From Gaiellaceae bacterium (GTDB taxonomy: Bacteria > Actinomycetota > Thermoleophilia > Gaiellales > Gaiellaceae), in the NCBI GenBank assembly GCA_035652235.1, contig DASREE010000040.1, positions 4,917 to 68,916 on the forward strand: DNA of 64,000 nt, read 5' to 3'. Positions within the stretch are counted from its first letter, which is position 1; each line of letters starts with the position of its first letter. Positions 51,973-59,143 of this stretch are shown here, piece by piece. Below the pieces are notes generated by a model. That model saw nothing but the letters and a program-made list of their open reading frames with translations, had not been told where the DNA came from and ran no database searches. The position numbers and the translations under genes were made by a program.

Positions 51973-52245
51973 ATGCGCTTCGTCGCCGTCGGCGACCTGA
52001 TGCTGGACGTGCTCGTCTCCGGCAGCGGCAACGGCGCCGAGGTCGCCGTCTCGGCCGGCGGCTCGGCGGCGAACGCAGCCGTCTGGGCGGCCGCGCTCGG
52101 GGCGGAGGCCGTCGCCGCCGAGTTCCTGCTCGCGCTCGCAGCGGGCCGCACGGCGGTCGAGGCGCTCGCCGACGGCGCCGCCTGCGGCGGGCAGGTCGCT
52201 GCCTGCGGACGCGCCTGGCCCGGCCGCACTAGGGTGTCGCCGTGA
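51973..52245 (+). pseudogene. 90-codon relic of a PfkB-family sugar kinase (large in-frame internal deletion)
   Basis: N-terminus 'MRFVAVGDLMLDVLV...SAGGSAANAAVWAAALGAEA' joins directly to a C-terminal-type 'AEFLLALAAGRTAVEALADGAACGGQVAACGRAWP'. The roughly 200 residues with substrate and ATP sites (including the GAGD motif) are absent. Confidence 0.6.
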
Positions 52246-54542
52246 CCGTCGCCGTCGGATCGGAGACGTGGGTCGGGCGCCCGCTGCCCCGGCTCGAGGA
52301 CGAGGCGCTCCTGCTCGGCCTCGGGCGGTTCATGGACGACATCGATCCGGCCCCGCGCGCCGGCCACGCGGCGGTGCTCCGCTCGCAGCTCGCGCATGCC
52401 CGCATCGCCCGCCTCGATCCCTCGCCGGCGCTCGAGCTGCCCGGCGTGATCGGGGTGTTGACGGGCGAGGAGGTCGTCGCCTCCTCGCGCCCGTTCCCGG
52501 CCGGCGTGGACAGCCCGGTGCCCTACTACGCGGCGGCCTCCGACACCGCCCGCTACGCGGGGGAGCCGCTCGCGGTCGTGGTCGCGCGCGACCGCTACAC
52601 GGCGGAGGACGCCCTCGAGCTGATCGAGGTCGACTACGAGCCGCTCGACCCCGTTCTCGACCCTCTCGAGGGGCTCGTCGTCTCCGACCGCTCGTTCTCC
52701 TACGGAGACCCGGACGGCGCGCTCGCCCGCGCCGACGTCGTCGTGCGTGACCGCTTCGCCTTCCCGCGCTGGACCTGCTGTCCCGTCGAGACGTACGGCG
52801 TCGTCTGCGACTGGGACGAGGCGACCGGCTCACTGACCGCCTGGGCCAACTTCCAGGGCCCGTTCACGCTGCACTCCGTGGCGGCCGCTGCGCTCGGCCT
52901 GCCGGGCTCCCGCCTGCGCCTCATCACCCCGCCCGACTCCGGTGGCAGCTTCGGCATCAAGGCGACGGTGTACGTGTACGTCGTGCTGATGGGGCTCGCC
53001 TCGCGCAAGCTCGGCATCCCCGTGCGCTGGACGGAGGACCGCCTCGAGCACCTCGCCGCGAGCTCGTCCGCGACCGGGCGCATGACCGAGCTCGAGGCCG
53101 GCTTCGCCGCCGACGGCGAGCTGCTCGCGCTCCGCTACGACGCGGTCGAGGACGTCGGCGCCTACGTGCGCGCTCCGGAGCCCGCGACGCTGTACCGGAT
53201 GCACGGCTCCCTGTCCGGCGCCTACCGTGTCGCGAACGTCGCCGCCCGCAACCGCGTCGTGCTCACGAACCGCTGCCCCACCGGACTCAACCGGGGCTTC
53301 GGCGGCCCGCCCCTCTACCTCGCGCTCGAGCGAACGATGGACGTGGCCGCGCGCCGGCTCGGCCTCGATCCGGCAGAGCTCCGGCGGCGGAACCTCGTGC
53401 GCGCGGACGAGTTCCCCTACCGGACGCCGAGCGGCGGGTTGTACGACTCTGGGGACTACGAGGCGTGCCTCGACCGGGCGCTCGAGCTGGCGCGCTACGA
53501 CGAGCGCCGCGTCGAGCAGCGCCAGGGCCGGCGGCGAGGCCGGCTGCTCGGCATCGGGCTGGCCTGCGTCGTCGAGCCGTCGATCTCAAACATGGGCTAC
53601 ATCACGCTCGCCCAGCCGGCGCACGAGCGCGCCCGGGCGCTGCCGAAGTCGGGCAACGCCGAGGGCGCGACGGTCAGCGTGTCGCCGCTCGGCGGGGTGA
53701 CCGTGCGCGTGGCGACGACTCCGCAGGGGCAGGGGCATGCCACCGTCTGCGCGCAGATCGTCGCGGACGCGCTCGGCGTCCACCCGCACGAGGTCGACGT
53801 CATCACCGAGGTCGACACCTCGACGAGCGCATGGACGGTCGCCTCCGGCAACTACTCGTCACGCTTCTCCGGCGTCGGCGCGGGCGCCGTCCACCTGGCA
53901 GCGCAGAAGGTGGCAGCCAAGGTGCAGGCGATCCGCGACCACCTCGGCGAGGGCTCGCTGTCGCTGCGGCGGGTGGCCGGGATCGCCCACTGGCACCCGG
54001 ACGCGTTGCCGGAGGGGATGGAGCCGGGGCTGTACGAGACGGCGTTCTGCGCCGCGCCGAACCTGGCGGCGCCCGGCGCGGACGACCGGGTCGCGTCGTC
54101 GGCCGCGCACGGGTTCATCGCCGACGTGGCGGTCGTCGAGGTCGACCCGGAGACCGGCGAGGTGACGGTGCTCGACTACGTGACCGTGCACGACGCGGGG
54201 CGGCTGCTGAACCCGCTGCTCGTGGACGGCCAGGTTCGCGGCGGCTTCGCGCACGGGGTCGCGCCCGCGCTGTTCGAGCGGCTCGTCTACGACGAGGACG
54301 GCAACCTGCTCACGGGCACGTTCATGGACTACCTGTGCCCGACCGGGCCCGACCTGCCGCCGCTGCGGATCGCCCACCTGGAGACCGCGTCGCCGTTCAC
54401 GCCGCTCGGCGCCAAGGGGATCGGCGAGGGGAACACGATGAGCGTGCCGGCGGCGATCGCGAACGCCGTCGCCGACGCGCTCGGCCGCGACGACGTCGAC
54501 ATCCCGCTGACGCCCCCGCGCGTGTGGGAGCTCCTGTCGTGA
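52242..54542 (+). CDS. molybdopterin large subunit of an aroyl-CoA-type hydroxylase (HmfA-like 2-furoyl-CoA dehydrogenase candidate)
   Basis: ORF 766 aa. 'GRPLPRLEDEALLLGLGRFMDD', 'SGGSFGIK'. Active-site loop 'GLNRGFGGPP' instead of AYRGAGR or AYRCSFR. The GTG overlaps the PfkB-relic stop (GTGA). Confidence 0.85.
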   Translation: MTVAVGSETWVGRPLPRLEDEALLLGLGRFMDDIDPAPRAGHAAVLRSQLAHARIARLDPSPALELPGVIGVLTGEEVVASSRPFPAGVDSPVPYYAAASDTARYAGEPLAVVVARDRYTAEDALELIEVDYEPLDPVLDPLEGLVVSDRSFSYGDPDGALARADVVVRDRFAFPRWTCCPVETYGVVCDWDEATGSLTAWANFQGPFTLHSVAAAALGLPGSRLRLITPPDSGGSFGIKATVYVYVVLMGLASRKLGIPVRWTEDRLEHLAASSSATGRMTELEAGFAADGELLALRYDAVEDVGAYVRAPEPATLYRMHGSLSGAYRVANVAARNRVVLTNRCPTGLNRGFGGPPLYLALERTMDVAARRLGLDPAELRRRNLVRADEFPYRTPSGGLYDSGDYEACLDRALELARYDERRVEQRQGRRRGRLLGIGLACVVEPSISNMGYITLAQPAHERARALPKSGNAEGATVSVSPLGGVTVRVATTPQGQGHATVCAQIVADALGVHPHEVDVITEVDTSTSAWTVASGNYSSRFSGVGAGAVHLAAQKVAAKVQAIRDHLGEGSLSLRRVAGIAHWHPDALPEGMEPGLYETAFCAAPNLAAPGADDRVASSAAHGFIADVAVVEVDPETGEVTVLDYVTVHDAGRLLNPLLVDGQVRGGFAHGVAPALFERLVYDEDGNLLTGTFMDYLCPTGPDLPPLRIAHLETASPFTPLGAKGIGEGNTMSVPAAIANAVADALGRDDVDIPLTPPRVWELLS

Positions 54543-55327
54543 AGCCCGCGCCGTTCCGCTACGCGCGGCCGGAGACCGTCGAGGAGGCTGCCTCGCTCCT
54601 CGCCGAGCACGGCGACGAGGCGAAGGTGCTCGCGGGCGGGCAGAGCCTCGTGCCGATGCTGAACATGCGCATCGCGAGGCCGTCGCTGGTCGTGGACGCG
54701 AACAGGCTGCCGCTCGACGGCATCGCGGAGGAGAACGGCTCGTGGCGCGTCGGCGCGCTCGTGCGTCAGGCCGACCCGCGCCTGCTCGAGCACCCGCTGC
54801 TCGCCGAGGCGATCCCCTTCGTCGGCCACTTCGCGACGCGCAACCGGGGTACGGTCGGGGGCTCGATCGCCCACGCCGACGCGGCCGCGGAGCTTCCCGT
54901 CTGCCTCACGCTCCTCGGCGGCGCCGCCGTCACGAGCTCCGGGCGGACGATCCCGGCGCAGGAGCTCTTCGTCACGCACTTCACCACCTCCCTCGAGCCG
55001 GACGAGCTGCTCGTCGCCACGCTGTGGCCCCGGCCGGCCGCGGGCTTCGGCTACGCCTTCGCCGAGCTCGCGCAGCGCCGCGGCGACTACGCCCTGTGCA
55101 TGGCCGCGGCGGCGGCGGGGCCCCGCGGAGAGCTCCGCGTCGCGCTCGGCGCGGTCGTCGACCGGCCGACGGTCGTCGACGTCGATCCGGACGCGCCCGG
55201 CCGCTCGGCGGCCGCGCAGGTGGAGCCGTTCGGCAACCTGCACGCATCGGCGAGGTACCTCAGGCATCTCGCCGGCGTCCTGGTCGAGCGTGCGGTGGCG
55301 CGGGCGCGGGAGCGTGCGCGGCCGTGA
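54539..55327 (+). CDS. FAD-binding medium subunit (HmfB-like)
   Basis: 3' 262 codons of ORF 53465..55327. GTGA overlap. 'KVLAGGQSLVPMLNMRIARP', 'NRGTVGGSIAHADAAAE'. Confidence 0.86.
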   Translation: MKPAPFRYARPETVEEAASLLAEHGDEAKVLAGGQSLVPMLNMRIARPSLVVDANRLPLDGIAEENGSWRVGALVRQADPRLLEHPLLAEAIPFVGHFATRNRGTVGGSIAHADAAAELPVCLTLLGGAAVTSSGRTIPAQELFVTHFTTSLEPDELLVATLWPRPAAGFGYAFAELAQRRGDYALCMAAAAAGPRGELRVALGAVVDRPTVVDVDPDAPGRSAAAQVEPFGNLHASARYLRHLAGVLVERAVARARERARP

Positions 55328-55779
55328 TCGACGTGGTCGTGAAAGTCAACGGGCACGAGCGGCGCGAGGCACTCGAGCCGCGCCTGCTCCTGTCCGACTT
55401 CCTGCGCCACACCCTGGGGCTGACCGGCACGCACGTCGGCTGCGAGCACGGCGTCTGCGGCGCCTGCACCGTCCTCCTCGACGGGGTGGCCGTCCGCTCG
55501 TGCCTCCTGCTGGCCGTGCAGGCAGACGGCGCCGAGATCGTCACCGTCGAGGGGCTCGCCGGCAACGGGGAGCTGAACGCCCTCCAGGCGGCGTTCCGCG
55601 AGCACCATGCCCTCCAGTGCGGCTTCTGCACGCCCGGGATCCTTCTGGCGGCGACGGACCTCCTCGCCCGCGGCACGCCGACGCGCGAGCAGATCGTCGA
55701 TCTCCTCTCCGGGCACCTCTGCCGCTGCACCGGCTACGAGTCGATCGTGGAGGCCATCGCACAGGCGGCGGGAACGTGA
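55324..55779 (+). CDS. [2Fe-2S] small subunit (HmfC-like)
   Basis: 3' 151 codons of ORF 54742..55779. GTGA overlap. 'GCEHGVCGACTVLLDG', '[12 protein letters not shown]', 'HLCRCTGYESIV'. Confidence 0.9.
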   Translation: MIDVVVKVNGHERREALEPRLLLSDFLRHTLGLTGTHVGCEHGVCGACTVLLDGVAVRSCLLLAVQADGAEIVTVEGLAGNGELNALQAAFREHHALQCGFCTPGILLAATDLLARGTPTREQIVDLLSGHLCRCTGYESIVEAIAQAAGT

Positions 55780-57170
55780 ACCTCGCGCTCTCGCTGCTCG
55801 CGATGGCCGAGCGCCGCCCGGAAGCCGAGGCGGTGGTCGACGGCGACGTCCGGCTGACGTACGCGGAGCTCCGCGAGCGCGCGGCGCGGCTGGCCGGCGG
55901 GCTCGCCGAGCGCGGCGTGGCCACGGGCGACCGGGTCGCCGCCGTCGTCCGCTGCCGCCGCCAGTCGGTCGAGCTGTACTGGGCCTGCCAGTGGCTCGGC
56001 GCGACCTTCGTCCCGCTCTCGCACCGCGTCTCGCAGGCCGACCTCGACTACTGCCGGGCCGACTGCGGCGCGAAGGCCTGGTTCGACGTCGACGTCGACC
56101 TCGAGCCCCTCTACGGCGACGAGCACCCGGGGGCACTCGACCGCGACGAGCGCGAGGAGAGCCTGATGCTGTACACGTCCGGGACGACCGGCCGGCCGAA
56201 GGGCGTGCCGCGGTCGCACCGGGCCGACCGGGCCGGCGGCCTGTCGCAGGCGCTCCAGCACGGCTACCGCCACGGCGACCGCACGCTCGGCGTGATGCCG
56301 CTCTACCACACGATGGGCGTGCACTCGCTGATCGCCATGTCGCTGATCGGCGGCTGCTACGTCTGCCAACCGGACTGGGACGCGGGCGAGGCGCTGCGGC
56401 TGATCGAGCGCGAGCGGATCACGTCCCTGTACCTCGCCCCCACGCTCTTCCACGACCTCGTCGTCCACCCGGCGAGGGCCGACCACGACCTGTCCTCCGT
56501 CGAAACGCTCGCGTACGCCGGAGCGGCGATGACGAGCGCCCTCGTCGAGCGTTGCGTCCAGGCGTTCTCGCCGCGGCTGTTCGTCAACCACTACGGCTCG
56601 ACCGAGATCTACACGTTCTCCGTCCACCGGGACCAGGCCGCCAAGCCAGGCTGCGCCGGACGCGCGTCGGTGAACGCCCGCCTCAGGCTGGACGAGAACG
56701 GCGAGATCCTCTGCCACATGAGCTCCGACGAGGCGTTCACCGGCTACTGGAACCGCCCCGACGCCGACGCGAAGGCGATCGCCGACGGCTGGTACCGGAC
56801 GGGCGACGTGGGCCAGCTCGACGAGGACGGCGACCTGTGGATCGTCGGACGCGTCGACGACATGATCATCTCCGGCGGGGAGAACATCCACCCCCTGGAG
56901 GTGGAGGAGGTGCTCGCACGCCACCCGGGCGTGCGCGAGGTCGCCGTGATCGGCGCGCCGGACGAGCGGCTCGGCCAGCGGGTCGTGGCCGTCGTCGTCG
57001 CGGCGGAGACCGGTCTCGACGCCGACGCCCTCGACCGCTGGTGCCTCGACTCACCCACGCTCGCCCGCTTCAAGCGCCCGCGCGAGTACCGCTTCGTCGA
57101 CGCGCTTCCGAAGAGCCCGTCTGGGAAGATCCTGCGGCGCATGCTGCGCGAGGAGGCTGCATCCCGGTGA
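55776..57170 (+). CDS. AMP-dependent acyl/aroyl-CoA ligase (HmfD-like)
   Basis: 3' 464 codons of ORF 55290..57170. GTGA overlap. 'LMLYTSGTTGRPKGV', 'NHYGSTE', 'YRTGDVGQLDEDGDLWIVGRVDDMIISGGENIHP', 'PKSPSGKILRR'. Confidence 0.88.
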   Translation: MNLALSLLAMAERRPEAEAVVDGDVRLTYAELRERAARLAGGLAERGVATGDRVAAVVRCRRQSVELYWACQWLGATFVPLSHRVSQADLDYCRADCGAKAWFDVDVDLEPLYGDEHPGALDRDEREESLMLYTSGTTGRPKGVPRSHRADRAGGLSQALQHGYRHGDRTLGVMPLYHTMGVHSLIAMSLIGGCYVCQPDWDAGEALRLIERERITSLYLAPTLFHDLVVHPARADHDLSSVETLAYAGAAMTSALVERCVQAFSPRLFVNHYGSTEIYTFSVHRDQAAKPGCAGRASVNARLRLDENGEILCHMSSDEAFTGYWNRPDADAKAIADGWYRTGDVGQLDEDGDLWIVGRVDDMIISGGENIHPLEVEEVLARHPGVREVAVIGAPDERLGQRVVAVVVAAETGLDADALDRWCLDSPTLARFKRPREYRFVDALPKSPSGKILRRMLREEAASR

Positions 57171-57201
57171 GGACGTCGTCGGTGCGCGAGGAGACGGCCG
57201 C

Positions 57202-57984
57202 GTGCCGGTAACGGCGCAGGACGGCTTTCGCGTCGAGCGGGACGCGGCCAGCGGCGTCGCCACGATCACGCTCGACGTCCCCGGCAAGCTCAACCGGGTC
57301 CCGCTCGCTGCGCGCAGGCTGCTCGCAGACGTGTTCGCCGAGATCGGGGACGACGAGGGGGTCCGCGCGATCGTGCTGACCGGAGCGGGCGGCACGTTCA
57401 CGGCCGGCGGGGACATCGCCGCCTTCCTCGGGGCGACGCCCGAGGAGCTCTCCCGACTCGCCTGGAACGTCGCCGCGCCGGAGCGCTGCCCGAAGCCCGT
57501 CGTGGCGCGGATCGAGGGCTACTGCCTCGGCGTCGGCCTCGAGCTCGCGCTCGCGTGCGACTTCCGTGTCTGCTCCGACGACGCCCAGCTCGGCTTGCCG
57601 GAGGTCGGGCTCGGGATGATTCCCGGCTCCGGCGGGACGCAGCGCCTGGCCAGGCTGGCCGGTCTCGGTCGCGCGAAGGACGTGATCATGCGGCGACGGC
57701 GGATCACGGCCGAGGAGGCGCTCGCCTGGGGGCTCGTGTCCGCGGTCGCGCCCGCCGCCGAGCTGGACAGCGCCGTGGCCGAGATCCTCGGCGACCTGGC
57801 CGGAGTCTCGCCGCTCGCGCTCGCCGTCGCGAAGCGCGTCCTCAACCACGTCTACGACGGGCCGCTCCAGCTCGGGCTCGAGGTCGAGGGCTTCGCCTAC
57901 GGGATGCTCCGCTCGACGCAGGACTTCCGCGAGGGCGTCGAGGCGTTCGTCGAGAAGCGCGCCCCCCGCTTCGAAGGACGCTAG
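57202..57984 (+). CDS. enoyl-CoA hydratase/isomerase (crotonase) family protein (HmfE-like)
   Basis: 'VRAIVLTGAGGTFTAGGDI', 'KPVVARIEGYCLGVGLELALACDFR', 'LPEVGLGMIPGSGGTQRL', 'DFREGVEAFVEKRAPRF'. Confidence 0.88.
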   Translation: MPVTAQDGFRVERDAASGVATITLDVPGKLNRVPLAARRLLADVFAEIGDDEGVRAIVLTGAGGTFTAGGDIAAFLGATPEELSRLAWNVAAPERCPKPVVARIEGYCLGVGLELALACDFRVCSDDAQLGLPEVGLGMIPGSGGTQRLARLAGLGRAKDVIMRRRRITAEEALAWGLVSAVAPAAELDSAVAEILGDLAGVSPLALAVAKRVLNHVYDGPLQLGLEVEGFAYGMLRSTQDFREGVEAFVEKRAPRFEGR

Positions 57985-58037
57985 CTTACCGCGGCTGGAG
58001 GCCCTCAGGAGGAATAGCCTGGCTGGGTCTTACAGCT

Positions 58038-58256
58038 AGCCACGTTGTTCTCGGCGCCCAGAGCTTCGTGGCGACGATGGTGCGGACGGTCTTCGCCCAG
58101 CCCGACGCGCAGACGGTGCACGAGCAGCACCGACGGATCGTCGACCAGCTCGCCACGCGCTTCCCCGAGGCAGCGACGCTGCTCGAGGAGGCGGCGCCGG
58201 GCCTGCTCGCCTTCACCGCCTTTCCGAAGGAGCACTGGCGGCAGTTGTGGTCGACG
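58038..58256 (+). mobile_element. fragment (about 70 codons) of an IS256-family (mutator-type) transposase gene
   Basis: 'SFVATMVRTVFAQPDAQTVHEQHRRIVDQLATRFPEAATLLEEAAPGLLAFTAFPKEHWRQLWST' matches the C-terminal third of IS256/IS1081-type transposases. Homology stops abruptly where '...NPLERLNKEI' should follow. The N-terminal roughly 300 codons are absent. Confidence 0.75.
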
Positions 58257-58264
58257 GATGAAAG

Positions 58265-58285
58265 TGTCAAGGATGCATGTCAAGG
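58265..58285. repeat. direct repeat TGTCAAGG-N5-TGTCAAGG around an ATGCAT palindrome, at the breakpoint of the transposase fragment
   Basis: Copies at 58265-58272 and 58278-58285. Confidence 0.8.
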
Positions 58286-58577
58286 GTGCGAGTCGGGCCG
58301 GCGAGGTCGGTTTCGGACGATGGATTGGTTGCGGCGGGCGCCCGGAGGGGCTGAGAGCGGCTCCTCTGGCCTCGAATTTCTCGGCGATCGCTGTGTTCGG
58401 GCAGGCGAGGCCTCTGATCGGCCAGGATCGGCGCGACGACGGGTGCTGTCAGCGCCCTCGATGGGCGTTAGGCTTGTTGTGGGCGCGGGTGACCCCGGAC
58501 CGAAGAGCGGGGCATCGGGGATGGTCTCGTGAGGGCGAGCCGGTCCCGGTCGAGATCGAGCGCGTCACCGTCTCGAC

Positions 58578-58915
58578 GTGACGCCGCGGCTACCGGCGGT
58601 GACGCCGCGGCAAGCGGTGCGCGCGCTGGAGCGGTGCGGCTGGGAGCTCGATCGAGTCAAGGGAACCACCACGTGTTCCGTCACCCACAGCAGCGGCACC
58701 GCGTGGTCGTGCCGATGCACGCCCGCGACCTTGCCAGAGGGACGCTCAACGCGATCATCGAAGCGTCGGGCGTGGGTCGCGAGGAGTTCCTGAAGCTGCT
58801 CCGACTCCGCGGGCGCGGCGGCCGCGGCGCTGACGCCTCGGGGTCACGGCTCAAGTCCGAGCCCAGGCGGCTCACGTTCGAGCGTTCGCCGGCCAGGCGG
58901 TTCCGGCCTTCGTGA
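58578..58915 (+). pseudogene. hicA: hicA-type toxin gene with a 1-nt frame change (G-run 58661-58663) and no adjacent hicB
   Basis: Frame 1: 'TPRLPAVTPRQAVRALERCGWELDRVKG'. The -1 frame continues 'NHHVFRHPQQRHRVVVPMHARDLARGTLNAIIEASGVGREEFLKLL', together a full HicA. The second frame runs on to a stop at 58915. Confidence 0.7.
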
Positions 58916-59045
58916 TCGAGTCCGTGTCAGCTCGCCGCCATCACGATCTGGCGGCGGCATGCGAGGTGCCTTGGGCGGTGTTCGTGCCAGATGCCTGCGC
59001 TTCTCGTCGATCCCTCGGAGCACGGTCTCCCGGAACAAATTACCC

Positions 59046-59089
59046 GTGGCCATGAGAAAGTCCCCACTTGTGGCCATGAGGAAGTCCCC
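59046..59089. repeat. tandem 20-mer GTGGCCATGAG(A/G)AAGTCCCC, 24-bp period, 19/20 identical
   Basis: Copies at 59046-59065 and 59070-59089. Confidence 0.9.
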
Positions 59090-59097
59090 GGTCTTGG

Positions 59098-59112
59098 TCT
59101 GATCTGATCTGA
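59098..59112. repeat. pentanucleotide repeat (TCTGA)x3
   Basis: Read directly. Confidence 0.9.
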
Positions 59113-59115
59113 CGC

Positions 59116-59143
59116 CGGGTCATGGCCCCGCGGGTCATGGCCC
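59116..59143. repeat. tandem duplication of CGGGTCATGGCCC (15-bp period); the second copy contains the amidase stop codon
   Basis: Copies at 59116-59128 and 59131-59143. Confidence 0.9.

Noticed and set aside
52242-55779. Interpreting the second molybdenum hydroxylase as 4-hydroxybenzoyl-CoA reductase, or as a second CO dehydrogenase.
   Set aside because: Gene order (large-FAD-FeS followed by ligase and crotonase) matches hmfABCDE. The small subunit shows only the usual two 2Fe-2S motifs. The alternative cannot be excluded without a search, so it is listed as a refutation criterion instead.
58800-59134. Minus-strand ORF 58844..59077 ('MATSGDFLMATGNLF...'), considered as a real gene or the missing hicB.
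   Set aside because: Its N-terminus is just the translation of the 24-bp tandem repeat, the remainder is Arg/Pro-rich, and it has no HicB-like features.
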